DNA of 64,000 nucleotides from Batkoa obscura (Eukaryota): NCBI GenBank assembly GCA_030770535.1, contig JASVEC010000010.1, positions 248,001 to 312,000 of the forward strand, read 5' to 3'. Shown piece by piece: positions 38,922 to 50,941 of this stretch (position 1 is its first letter; each line of letters starts with the position of its first letter). The notes under the pieces were generated by a model. It saw only the letters and a program-made list of their open reading frames with translations, ran no database searches and was not told where the DNA came from. The position numbers and the translations under genes were made by a program.

Positions 38922-39449
38922 TAATATTATGCTTTGATTAGCACATAAATATAATGACTATATTAAGACAAAACTTCACCCATTAAGCCATAAATCAGTA
39001 ATCATACAAATTACTAGTCATGAAAATCATTGCTAACCATTGCACAATTGTACTTTAACAGCTATATTAACTTGAGCACACTTTAAATATTTTGAAATAA
39101 ATTAATTTCTTTAAATTTAGCTCATGTAATAAATTATAAGCCATTCTTTTAAAAAATGATCAAATTTTTAGCTGATGATCTCATCAACGAATCTAAACTG
39201 ATGAATTATGGGATTTTATATTAAACGCCATATAAAAGGTCAGTTGACTAAGTGATGCAATAATTTATCCGAAGTATGTAAGTTAATACTACAATATTAA
39301 GGTAAAAGACATACTAAAATAAAACATTATGTGTATAATATAATTTTATTAGGTATTATGTTGGTTGGTTTATTAATAAGTTACGTATTTAAATTTTACT
39401 GACTAAATAGTCAAAATTATTTTTCATCACATAAGTTTTAACCTATAAA

Positions 39450-40739
39450 TTATTCCTTAACTAAAAAGAGGGTATGTTGACCACCAGATGCTACTTTTAG
39501 AACTTTCTTAGTAGAAAGAGCCTCAATAACCTTTGGAGTTTCTTGGTCTTCTTCAGAACCATGTCCTAAAGCAAAGGATTCGCCGAATCCCCAAGCGCTG
39601 GCCTTTTGATCAGTAGTCACAGCGAAAGATTGATTTGAACCACAAATAACACTTGCGGCAGTGGTGCCAACTGAGATTTCAGTAAGGACCTCAACTGCAG
39701 CCTTGCTGCCATCTTTACTCTTTACAACACTTGGATGGTCTTTTGGCAATCCAAGCTGAGATGAGTCAGTACGACCGACACCATATACTTTACCCCCACC
39801 TAAAGCTAAAGTGTGGTGCTCACCACCAGAAAGTTCAGTGATATCATTTCCAGTAAGTCCATGACTAAGAGTAGGTTTTTCAATTCTTTCACCAGCAAGA
39901 TTACCCTTGGTTACAATAGCGCATTGATTATAGTTATTCATGCCCCAAGAATATATTCTTCCAGTCTTTTCACGAGCGAATGAATGGTAACCACCAGCAA
40001 AGATGTTAACAATATTTTTAACTGGGAGTGGATTGAGTTTTAAAGATTTTTCCTCACTAGAGATATTCTTACTATCGTATTCCTTAAATCCGCATTGAGA
40101 AGCTTTGTTATCACCAACGGTATATACCTTTCCTTTAGTAGTTAAAACAACCAAGTGATTATTACCAGCGACTACTTTGACAACTTTAGTTGATGGGGTA
40201 CCTACCTCAATCTTTAATGGTGTCTTTTGGATATGTTTCTTGTTTCCAACGAAGCCCAAAACACCACTTGGGTTTCTAAAAGTACCCCAAGCATATAAAT
40301 TACCTTCAGAAGTAACACAAGCAGTAATGGAATCACCAGCAGCAACTTGAACAACTTTGATATCCTCACCAAGGGTAACTAAAGCAGGTTCCCATTCGTC
40401 ACCTTCTCTACCAAGAGCACCTTCGTCATTGCATCCCCAAGAATATAATTGACCCTTATCATTAATAGCTAAAGAATGTAGTCCACCAGCAACGAGTTCA
40501 ACAACATTAGTTAGATTTTTGATTTGGAATGGTTTTTTTCTTTCAATAATATCTTCACCTAGTCCAAGTTGAGAACAATCGCCTTGACCGCAAATAAAAA
40601 CCAACCCAGTTTCTGTGTTAAGGGAAGGAATAGCGTTTAATGAAGCAACAGCTTTACCGGGAGTGCGGCCACGCCCCCTCTTAACTGTTGGTTTAGGGGA
40701 AGGTTCAGTTTCACTTGTTTTACCATTAGGACGTTTCAT
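39450..40739 (-). CDS. RCC1: RCC1 Ran guanine-nucleotide exchange factor (Pim1/Prp20-like)
   Basis: Basic N-terminal tail (KRGRGR) then seven RCC1 repeats; AGGLHS, SWGCNDEGALGR, WGTFR, SGGQHT. Confidence 0.93.
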   Translation of the reverse strand: MKRPNGKTSETEPSPKPTVKRGRGRTPGKAVASLNAIPSLNTETGLVFICGQGDCSQLGLGEDIIERKKPFQIKNLTNVVELVAGGLHSLAINDKGQLYSWGCNDEGALGREGDEWEPALVTLGEDIKVVQVAAGDSITACVTSEGNLYAWGTFRNPSGVLGFVGNKKHIQKTPLKIEVGTPSTKVVKVVAGNNHLVVLTTKGKVYTVGDNKASQCGFKEYDSKNISSEEKSLKLNPLPVKNIVNIFAGGYHSFAREKTGRIYSWGMNNYNQCAIVTKGNLAGERIEKPTLSHGLTGNDITELSGGEHHTLALGGGKVYGVGRTDSSQLGLPKDHPSVVKSKDGSKAAVEVLTEISVGTTAASVICGSNQSFAVTTDQKASAWGFGESFALGHGSEEDQETPKVIEALSTKKVLKVASGGQHTLFLVKE

Positions 40740-41197
40740 CTTATTGAATTGCTAGAAATATACAAAAGTAATGTAATATAAGTGTAATCGGGTTAAGTTT
40801 AAATATTAAAACAATAGTTAATTCAAATTATTATTTTTTAAAAGATAAAATAATGATGCTTCAAGTTCTATTTATACTTTTTAAATTAGAGATGATTTTA
40901 TAGGATAATTTAGTGATTTTGATTTTAAAAATCTAAATTTATGGAAAATTTTTTGGAAAATTTTTTAAGCTTGAATCAGATTTACCTCGAAATCAAATCC
41001 CAATTAAAACCTTATTGAACCAATTAAAAACATGACTTAAGATAAATTAGTCATAATAAAATTTAATAGGAAACTTCTGAACAGTATGTGGCATACTTTT
41101 TGAAAAATAATATGCCCCAAAAACAAATGGCATAATTAAGTTGATTTATTTTAGTTTCTTTTCAAAATTAGATCAAAATCTAACTTTTAAAAAGTTA

Positions 41198-41300
41198 TAT
41201 GGAGATGTATTTTTATGTTTAAGAATTTTACTAACAATTTTTCTGCTCAAATAATGCTTAAAGAAGAAAAAGTAATGAAATCAAAAAAAACATCCCTATA
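41198..41300 (+). mobile_element. MITE family copy
   Basis: TA-TGGAGATGTATTTTT...GCTCAAATAATGCTTAAA...ACATCCCTA-TA. Confidence 0.85.
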
Positions 41301-42418
41301 TAGTTTCTTGAAATAATATTTAATTAAATATAAATTTAATATAAATTTTTTTGTTTGAGTTATATTTTTATTTATAAAACAAAAAATTGTGCAAAATTTA
41401 AAATTTAAAAACTTTAAAAAATCAATCAAAAATCAATTTAATTATAATAGTTACTGTTTTGTTTTTGATTGTTTTATTAAATAATAATAATCTGTATTAT
41501 TTTGAAAAAATAGCAATCTTTTTTAGTTTTATTACTTTCTTTGTTTTCTAAGTATTATTTAAACAGTTTAATAATTGATTATTATAATAGTTATGTTTTT
41601 ATAGTTAATTTAACTAGGGATATTTTTAAATTTATATATAACTGATTTAAAGTTTCTTTCATTTAAATTTATTATAAGAGATTTTATTTTTTAATTACAA
41701 GATGCTTTATTTTTATATTTTATATTTTAATATAAACTATGATTTTTTTTAAATATAATAGCTTTTTTTAAAAATCCTATTATATCTGGTTTTATTAAAT
41801 TTATCAAATTAATATGTGTTATAGAACATTGATTTTTAAATTAAATTATTTGTTGCTAATTTATTATAATATTGTAGTATAAATTTATTATAAATCTAAA
41901 AATCATTCATTATATTTAAAATTACTATTTTTAATCAAAAGTATTATAAATGAAATAATGCTATTTATATAAATCAATTTAAACTTTTGTTGTAAATTTT
42001 TTTAGCTATATTAATTAATATTTTAATTGTTTATTTGTACTATTATCATTACAATTTTATATTTTATCAAATAGCTTTTTTTGTTTATACATTTTCTTAA
42101 CAAATTATTGTAAACTTTTGTTTGCCAAAAAAACTTCTTATCCTTGTTTTATTTACTGTTATATTTTCTTTTGGTATTTTTTAATTGTATATTAGGCATA
42201 TATATTATATAAATTTATTTTTTAATTGTATCTTTCAAACCACTTAACATATATAAAATGTTGCTTTGTTAATTTTGTAGTTAATTACAGTATAGTAAAT
42301 TGTTTAACTTGTTTATAAACCTAATTACAGCTTTATAGTTAGTTTGATTGTAATTTATGTAATATGATTTACAGTTTTTTATTTTGATTTACTATAAAAA
42401 CTTTTACTACCTAATTGT

Positions 42419-43265
42419 CGTGAAATCTGGTGCTCAGTGATTGAAGTCAGAAACAGCTATTTCCTGGTTGCCTACACTATAAGTCAAAAGATCTTAGTTT
42501 ATGTGACTAAGATAGACTTGGATTATGAAGGATAGTACGTAATAGGTTACAGACTATTGTGAAATATCACTTTGTCAGCCCCATGGTTAATTATAGCATA
42601 ATAATCGCCTAAGCTGTCGTGTTCTCGATTATAGAGACAATTAGTCACATGCTCTTATTCTGATCGGAGTATAAAAGAGATTCTAAAACATAATAGCTCA
42701 AGACTTTTTAACTGAATTATTCCCTGATATCTCGAACATTTAATAAAGCCACTAAGTTTTCTTAATAGTATTTTACATAGGTTTTACATTAGTATTGTCT
42801 ATTCTACTTGTCTTATATAGCTTATAACCTATTAAGTGCTATTCCTCATAATCCAAGTCTATCTTAGTCACATAAACTAAGACCTTTCGACTTATAGTGT
42901 AGTCAACCCAGCAATAGCTGTTCTTGACTCCAAACCCTGAGTACCAGATCTCACATAGTATTGTCTATTCTATTTGTCTTATATAGCTTGTAACCTATTA
43001 CGTGCTATTCCTCATAATCCAAGTCTATCTTAGTCACATAAACTAAGATCTTTTGACTTATAGTGTAGGCAACCAGGAAATAGCTGTTTCTGACTTCAAT
43101 CACTGAGCACCAGATTTCACACTATATAAGAAAAATAGAATAGACAACGATAATATAAAATATCATCGGAAAGATCTAGTGGCTTTATTAAAGGTACGAT
43201 ATCAAGGAATAATTCAATTAGAAAGCCTCGAGTTACCATATTCTAAAAGCTGTTTTATACTTCAA
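42419..43265 (-). mobile_element. Outer LTR-like element (minus strand), split by the insertion at 42558-43121
   Basis: 42419-42557 and 43126-~43265 rejoin into the reverse complement of the inner element (...AATAGGTTACAGA-CTAT-ATAAGAAAAATAGAATAGACAA...). The distal end is not resolved. Confidence 0.75.
42558..43121 (+). mobile_element. Solo LTR (TGTGA...TCACA) with its terminal 166 bp tandemly duplicated, flanked by CTAT target duplication
   Basis: Starts TGTGAAAT, ends ATTTCACA; CTAT at 42554-42557 and 43122-43125; internal TATAAAAG and AATAAA; tandem units 42790-42955 and 42956-43121. Confidence 0.8.
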
Positions 43266-43458
43266 GTATGGATATCAAAACGGGGAGATAACATCGTTTG
43301 GAATTATATAGCAGGAATTCTCATAGAAAACAAAAATAAATAAAAAATAAAAAATTCTAATATTAATTAATGTAATTATAATATTGAAAATTAATTCCTA
43401 CTATAATAACAGCTATTTCATTTTATATTTATATTCATTAAAAAAAAAGCGTATATAA

Positions 43459-43562
43459 TTTGGCGATGTATTTTTGTATTAGAATTTTGCTAACAATTAT
43501 TCTACTCAAATAGCGCTTAAAAAACGAAAAAAGTAATGAAGCCAAAAAAAACATCCTATATA
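43459..43562 (+). mobile_element. MITE family copy
   Basis: TGGCGATGTATTTTTG...ACTCAAATAGCGCTTAAAAAA...ACATCCTATA. Confidence 0.85.
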
Positions 43563-43849
43563 AATAGTGCTTTTATTACTAAATTATATAATAGTTTTAA
43601 ATCAGCTGTTTAAAACTTGTATTAAATAAAGTTTAATTATTTATAATAATCTAAAATTAGACAAAAATTGTTTAAAAATAAAATTTCATAATCCATTTTA
43701 ATTTTAATTCTAATTTCATAAAGGATTAAAGTTTTAAAAACTGGTTAAAGGGTTGTTGAATCCAGTTCAAAAGATTCAGCAGATGCTTTTTTAAATAACT
43801 AATTCTAATATTTTAATAAATTGAGTTGTAATTACCATTATTATTATTA

Positions 43850-44717
43850 TTATTAACAAGATTAAATTTATCTTTCAGATTCTTTGTTAAACTAGAAATA
43901 TCAAGGCAATTCCTGACACAAGCTAACTACTTTCCTTGTAAACTAAACATCCAATCATTTAACTCAAATTCTTATTTAAGAGATGCTAATAAAAATATTG
44001 AAGATATTGCAACTAAACCAAACGCTAATACAGCTATAATTAGAACTCTTATATAGCTAGAAATGGTTGGTATGTTAATGTCTGAATATGTTACGTCATT
44101 TTTAGCTTTTTTAACTCATTAGAATGTACCAGAATTGAGACTATTTATGAATATCGAAATGGTTGGTTCTTCAAAGTGAAGTGACAACGTACTAAAGGTA
44201 CTGATTCCTGATTCAGCTGTGAATTAAGAAGTTTTTTTAGAAGATACTACTGGAACAGTTAACAAAATTACTGATTTCATTTATCACATTTATTCAGGCT
44301 CTCTGCAATAACTGGTGCATTCAATGTATGAATGTATTCGAGGATTCTTAAATACAGATAATAATGATTAGAAAGACTCAGTTTGGATGTTTAACGTTGA
44401 GTTTTTTTAAACTCTTGATAGGGACAATACCTTCAAATGGATCATCAGCAAATGCAAAAATAAATTAGAGAATAAGTGTTAAAGGCTATGATAGGATAAT
44501 TTTCCTACCTTTCTGGCTCTTGGTCAGACGAAGTTTGGAGAATTTGAAATCACTAATTTACGATGTTCTTTATTCAATAAATGGGAGGTTAATTGTCATT
44601 CTAGTGGGGTCCTTGTCAAAGGACAATTTTGTATATAGCTAATAGATGGCCCACATCGTCGATAAAACGATCCAACAAAGAAAGAGTGAAAACAAGAGGG
44701 ATAAGAAGTGATATCCA
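43850..44717 (+). pseudogene. Decayed intronless ORF of unknown origin
   Basis: One frame reads protein-like with coding-style codon usage for about 290 codons (DIATKPNANTAIIRTLI*LEMVGMLMSEYVTSFLAFL...EVFLEDTTGTVNKITDFIYHIY...DNFPTFLALGQ), interrupted by about 14 stops. GC is higher than in the flanks. Confidence 0.4.
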
Positions 44718-44822
44718 TAAGGGGATGTATTTTTATATTTAAGGATTTTATTAATAATTTTTCCGCTCAAATAGTACTTAGAGGATGGAAAAAGTAATGA
44801 AACCAAAAAAAACATCCCCATA
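44718..44822 (+). mobile_element. MITE family copy
   Basis: TA-AGGGGATGTATTTT...TTTTCCGCTCAAATAGTACTTA...AACATCCCCA-TA. Confidence 0.88.
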
Positions 44823-45180
44823 ATATCAAATTTAATATTGAGGAGGCCGAGAATAATAGTAGACACGCAGTTGTACTAAAAAATCTTTAAATTAGGGCAA
44901 GCGAAGAGCCTATGATCTAATATGTTTTCAACTTCAAAACAAGAAGGGCAAAATTAACACCAGGTATTAGACATCAATAAATATATATATAATTATGTTT
45001 ATTTTATTTAAAAAATATTTCTAACAAAGATTACTTAAATGAAAGTGTCAATTAATAATCATTGCTTTAAGATTAAATCAACCTAATAAGAAAATATCAA
45101 AATGAAATGATATCTTTATTTAAATTTATTATATATCAAAACTAACACAGTTGGAAGGAATTTCCATATAAAAAAGAACA

Positions 45181-45366
45181 TTAATCTACAAAACAATTTC
45201 TACGACAAGACGATTTACCCATTGGATTAAAAGCAAATTTTAATTCACAACTCATTTCACACGATGCAAATTGCATGCCATCCATCATTCCAGGATTACT
45301 TATCTCAATTGTTTTTTGAGATATTAAGGAAGAAAGATTAATTAACATCAAAATTAATAATTTCAT
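45181..45366 (-). CDS. Small secreted cysteine-containing peptide, 61 aa
   Basis: AAAAATG context; signal-like MKLLILMLINLSSLIS; CEMSC-x13-CRRNC; TATAAATA about 30 nt upstream. Confidence 0.65.
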   Translation of the reverse strand: MKLLILMLINLSSLISQKTIEISNPGMMDGMQFASCEMSCELKFAFNPMGKSSCRRNCFVD

Positions 45367-45644
45367 TTTTTATTGATATAATAAATTATGAAAATTAATA
45401 GTTATTTATACTTTTATGTTTTTATAGTAGATTTTTTTAATAAAAATTTCACGTTGATTTAGAATCCTTTTAGTTAAGTTATTTTTTACCCCACACTTAT
45501 TATTTTTTTCAAAAGAGATTATTGCATTGATAAAAACATACAAAAAAACATACAAAAAAACTTAATAAAGCATATACTCAATTTTAAAAAAGATATAATA
45601 TCATAATTAACACATACAGAACTTTAACTTTATTAACTTTCAAA

Positions 45645-46592
45645 TCAATTAATATTCCAAGGACACTTAAATGAATATGAATTATTTAATTTAGGCTTAT
45701 AACCTGTCCAAGATACTAATGGCAGTTCCAAGCTAATATGATAATTAAACATTAAATTTTGTTTACTTTCACAAACCTCTCTTAAACCCATTAATTGATC
45801 ATTAGAAGCTGAAGAAGTTCCAGGCAATATTATAGTCACAGGCAATATCAATGGTGATATATTTTGCGCTTTTAAAGCAACAGGTTTGGGTAATTTACCA
45901 GTTAATGAATTTGGAATTGTTACTATATTATTTTGTAAATCACCAGTAAGTGTAATTTGATTAATTACAATATCGATATAATTTAAATTTTGTACCCTTA
46001 AGTTAATATTAACTTGAGCTTGTAAGTTGTTATTGTTGGATTGAAATAAATTATTAAAACTAGTTTGATCGATTGGAGCATTAGTATTAGTTTGAGTAAC
46101 TGATATTAACTCCACTGTTGGTATCCTTGGCCATAAGAAAAAAGCACCTACACCAATACCGATTAATAATAAAATTGTGAAAATACCACAAATTAACGCT
46201 CCAGTACGTGATCGACAACAACAACAACAACAACGTATACAACAATTTTTCTTTTTTTTGGGACGTTTATGATGGGAATCATGATGGCTGTGGCGATGCG
46301 AGGTGGAATTATAAGCTATTTCTTCAGTCGCAGAGAAAGATTTTATAGATTCTTCTTGATAATTGGATTGAAATCGGTTCTGTGTAGGGCTATACATATT
46401 TAATCCACTACTCGATACTGATACTCGATTGGGGGATCTTAAATTATCGCTGGTAGCCATTGGGGAACTGGGTTTATTATATAAATAACTAGGTATTCGA
46501 TTATTATGGTCATAGTTGTTAGATGGTGTATTACTATCACGGGGTATTATTTCTCTGGATGCTTTTGAGTTGGTATCATTCAGATAATTCAT
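45645..46592 (-). CDS. Single-pass membrane protein with Cys-rich juxtamembrane segment and LEA_2-like beta domain
   Basis: Disordered N-terminus; KKKKNCCIRCCCCCCR; TM ending FFLWPRIPTV; LRVQNLNYIDI motif. Confidence 0.8.
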   Translation of the reverse strand: MNYLNDTNSKASREIIPRDSNTPSNNYDHNNRIPSYLYNKPSSPMATSDNLRSPNRVSVSSSGLNMYSPTQNRFQSNYQEESIKSFSATEEIAYNSTSHRHSHHDSHHKRPKKKKNCCIRCCCCCCRSRTGALICGIFTILLLIGIGVGAFFLWPRIPTVELISVTQTNTNAPIDQTSFNNLFQSNNNNLQAQVNINLRVQNLNYIDIVINQITLTGDLQNNIVTIPNSLTGKLPKPVALKAQNISPLILPVTIILPGTSSASNDQLMGLREVCESKQNLMFNYHISLELPLVSWTGYKPKLNNSYSFKCPWNIN

Positions 46593-47252
46593 CTTTATTT
46601 ATATGAGGAAAGATATTAAATTAGATAGTAAAATAATTTTATTTATAAAAAAAGTTAAAATTTTTGTTTTAAGAGTATAGTTAAGGATTTTATACTTTAT
46701 GTGTTAACCCCCTTTTTCTCTTAATTAATCGATTTAAGACATTTTTAATACCTTAATTTTCTCTTTTTTGATAATCCCGTTATTCGTTTCTTGATTTATT
46801 TGACAAATTCCACATTTTTGCTATTTTAATAAAATTCAAGATTTACTAAATTAGTATTAAAATTTTAGTAAAATTCTTCAAATATAACATTATTAATGTT
46901 TATAATTAAATTTATTTATTATCATTATTATATAAAAATTAGTTATAACAGAAATATAAAATTTTATTCAATCTATACAACTGTAAATAATGCTGAATAA
47001 ACCCTCATTTTTTAGTAGCATACAAAAAATAATCCTCAATCAAAGCTAAATTTATTACTATATCAATAAAAATAGACTTTAAAACAACTACCATTCAACA
47101 TAAGCAACTTATTTTATTTCCTTACTTGATCAAAAATAGCTGCGAAAACCAAGCTTAAATTTAATTGGTTCCAGCTTTATTTCAGCTAAAATCAGATAAA
47201 ACAAAAACATCAATCAACACGACTATTACCTTTTAAATATCAATTATAAAAA

Positions 47253-47945
47253 ATGGCTCGTTTCAAAGGAGAAAACAGCAAAGTAACTGCAGCTAAAGAA
47301 AAGAAAGCTGCTGTTAAAGAAGAAAAAGCACAAAAAGAAAAAGCAGTTAAGGATGCGGCTGAAGATGAATATTGGAGTAAAGGGGCGAAGAAGGGAGGCA
47401 AAGCTGAAGATAAAGAAGCTAAAAAAGCGAGAGAAGCAGCTAAGAAGGCAGAACTAGAGTTACTGAAGAAGCAAGAAGAAGAAGAAATAAGCAAGATTAA
47501 AGTTAAAAAAAATAATAAATCAGCTGGGGATAAAAAACCAGTTAAAAAAGATGGCTCTTCCTCAGGAATGGATGGATTCTTGAATCAATTAAATGGGAAA
47601 GCAGAATATCAAGCTCGAAATATTGATGATGCTATTGATTTATTAGATACGATGAATGAAGGCGAACAGGCAATTAATATTAAATCTGGCGGCATTGAAT
47701 TACATCCAGAAAGAAGAGCTAAAGCGGCTTATACTCAGTTTGAAGCTAAAAGACTACCAATACTTAAAGAAGAAAACAAAGGGTTGAGATTAACTCAACT
47801 AAAACAACTACTTTGGAAGGAATGGCAAAAATCACCCGAGAATCCATTCAATCAAGCTCATTTAGGTTATAATGCTTCTAGACAGGATAAAGTAGACTTG
47901 GTTGACCAAACTAGAAAGGATATCGAAAGTCGACTTAAGATTTAA
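47253..47945 (+). CDS. CCDC124/Lso2/Oxs1 family protein
   Basis: MARFKGENSK...A.EKKA start; NIDDAIDLL; HPERRAKAAYTQFE...LKEENKGLRLTQLKQLLWKEWQKSPENPFNQ. Confidence 0.93.
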   Translation: MARFKGENSKVTAAKEKKAAVKEEKAQKEKAVKDAAEDEYWSKGAKKGGKAEDKEAKKAREAAKKAELELLKKQEEEEISKIKVKKNNKSAGDKKPVKKDGSSSGMDGFLNQLNGKAEYQARNIDDAIDLLDTMNEGEQAINIKSGGIELHPERRAKAAYTQFEAKRLPILKEENKGLRLTQLKQLLWKEWQKSPENPFNQAHLGYNASRQDKVDLVDQTRKDIESRLKI

Positions 47946-48347
47946 GGTTTTTTTTTTGTTATATAAAGTTAGGGGGATTTAAATAAGCTATTGGATTTTA
48001 TTTAGTTTTATTTATTATTAACATATTTTTATTAACTTCATTTTAAGTTTTTGATTACTTGACGTAATTTCACTATAATTCGTCGTTATCTATTACCATC
48101 ATTATTGTTAATCAGATAAATATTCTCTATTATTTTTGAATATTTTAATTTAAATTATCAGATATAAAGAATTTATTATTCAAATTTTATTGAATAAGAT
48201 AGCCAATGAACTCAAATTTACTGATAGTTATCGAAATTGTCGATGACTCATATTATAAAGATTGAATCATCAAAAAAATAAAATAAACACGATTATAAAT
48301 AAAGAAGAGAAAAATTAATTTTAATAAGTTTCTAAAAGATAAAATAA

Positions 48348-50524
48348 ATGTTGAGAAATTTTAATAAATTAGTTGCAACTGGAAGTACCAAGAAAGCACT
48401 TACTTTAAATGGGGCTAAGTATTGTAAGTTATTTAAAATATAAAGATTAGAAATTACTAAAAATTAATTATTAATTATTAATAATAAAGATTCCAGTAAT
48501 TCCAGGATTCAAGTTGATAATCCTGTAGTAGATATGGATGGGGATGAAATGACACGTATTATTTGGAAAAAGATAAAAGAAGAAGTATATTTATAAATTT
48601 AATAAGTTCTATAATAACATTAATAATATTCAATTCAACTTAGTTAATCTTACCTTATGTTAACTTGGATATTAAATATTATGATTTGGGTTTGAAAAAT
48701 AGAGATTCGGTAATCACAAATTAATAATAATATAATGATAAATTCAATTTAGTTTAATTTGATTTTAAAAAATAGACAGAAGATCAAGTTACGGTTGATG
48801 CTGCTGAAGCAGTCAAAAAATATAATGTAGGAATAAAATGTGCTACAATCACACCAGATGAAGGCCGAGTTAAAGGTAATCTTCTTTTTTCAATCCCACT
48901 TTTCCTACCACTAATTCGAATTTTAATTAATTGTAGAATATAATTTAAAATCGATGTATCGCTCACCTAATGGAACGATTCGTAATATCTTAGGAGGAAC
49001 TATATTTAGAGAACCTATCGTATTAAATAGTGTACCTAAAATTGTACCTGGATGGAAAAAACCAATTATTATTGGTCGACATGCGTTTGGGGATCAAGTA
49101 AATATTGGAATTAAATAACGTTGAAATATCTAACTTATGATTGAATACTAGTATCGTGCTACAGATTTAATTATTGATGAGCCAGGTAAATTAACAATGA
49201 AATTTACTCCTGAGGATGGAAGTAAACAGCCCACTACATACGAAATTTATGATTTTAAAGTAAAATACTTTTAAATAGGTTTGATCTTAAATTAATGGTT
49301 ATTTACTTTATTAGGGCCCTGGTGTTGCTTTAGGAATGTATAATATTGATGAAGTAAGATGGAATAATAATATATAATAATTAAATTGTTTACTAATTAT
49401 ATTTTATTTTAGTCGATTAAAGCATTTGCTCATTCTTGCTTTCAATTAGCTATCTTAAAAAAAAATCCATTATATTTAAGTACTAAAAATACAATTTTAA
49501 AGAAATATGATGGTAGATTTATGCAAATATTTCAACAAATTTATGAAAGGTAGATAAGATTATTATTGTTATTAACATTATGTTTTATTTTACATATTAA
49601 TATTAATTTTTTATATTTATATTTAATTAGTGATTATAAATCTCAATTTGAGTCTTTAAATATTTGGTATGAACATCGATTAATTGATGATTTAGTTGCC
49701 TTTGCTTTAAAATCTAATGGCGGTTTTGTTTGGGCAGCTAAAAATTATGATGGGTAAAAAAAGATTGATCTTGATATTCTATTACATTTATTAACTAATA
49801 TGAATTCTATTTAGTGACGTACAAGTAAATATAAAATTAATTGAAATTTAAAGTCTATTAACAACTTTTTTATAAAATTGTTTAGTCTGATATTTTAGCT
49901 CAAGGTAATTAATATTGATTAATATTATATGATGTTTATTAATTTTTAATTTAGGTTTTGGCTCCCTTGGTTTAATGACTAGTTATTTAATTTCACCTGA
50001 TGGTAAAACCATGGAAACTGAAGCTGCTCATGGTAATTTAAATAAGTTTATTTTTGTTACTTATATTCAATAATCTTCTATTATAGGTACTGTTACTCGT
50101 CATTATAGAGAACATCAAAAGGTAAGTTTATATTTCAACTTAACCTTTCCTTTTCAATTAACCAAAACTAATTTTTTCTTTTTCTTTTTTTTCTTTAGGG
50201 TAATGAAACTAGTACCAACTCTATTGCTTCTATTTTTGCATGGACCCGAGGATTAGCTCATCGAGCTAAATTAGATGATAATTCTAAATTATTACAATTT
50301 AGTAATAAATTAGAAAAAGCTACTTTAGATACTGTAGATGTAGATGGCAAAATGACTAAAGATTTAGCATTAGCTATTCATGGGGATAAGTAAATATTTT
50401 TTGAATGAAGTTAAATTGAACAGATATTAATTAATCGTTAACTAGGTTGAATAGAAGCCATTATGTCAATACAGAAGAATTTTTAAATCTTGTAGCTCAA
50501 AGGGTTAAAAAGGAGTTGAATTGA
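48348..50524 (+). CDS. IDP1: NADP-dependent isocitrate dehydrogenase with probable mitochondrial presequence, 15 exons
   Basis: Manual splicing gives [106 protein letters not shown]. Largely missed by the ORF track. Confidence 0.96.
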
Positions 50525-50941
50525 TTGAGGACAGGTTTTTGATGATATTAAAATAAAGGAAGAGCTTTGAATGATTTTTGTTTTATTTTATTTTATTTCT
50601 GCTACACCCTTTAAATATACAAGTTATAATTTCTAAATTATTGCACAATTATTTTCAACTTGATATTATTGTAAATACACTATTACCTTATGTTGTAATA
50701 ACATGAAAATTAACTGATTTGGACCTGAATTTTATATTTTGAATTTCTCCTTAAAAGTAAGAGATAATTGTCCTATTGATTTAATTGGTTGATTTTGACC
50801 ATGTCAACACATTAAGAAGTGGCTTAAAAACAATTTTAAATTTAAAAATAATATTATTTTATAAAATTTAAAAAAAGTAAACTCAAATAAAACAATCAAT
50901 TAAATATAAACTAATCTAAGCCATTAGATAATCCATAAAAA

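Noticed and set aside
39150..39270. TGATGA/CTGA boxes suggesting a C/D snoRNA; also hairpins at 29638-29725
   Set aside because: No convincing terminal stem or rRNA guide identified; such short motifs are common in AT-rich DNA.
42790..43121. Repeats considered as a possible CRISPR-like or satellite array
   Set aside because: Only two 166-bp units with no repeat-spacer pattern; explained as LTR parts. The MITE copies are dispersed, not arrayed.
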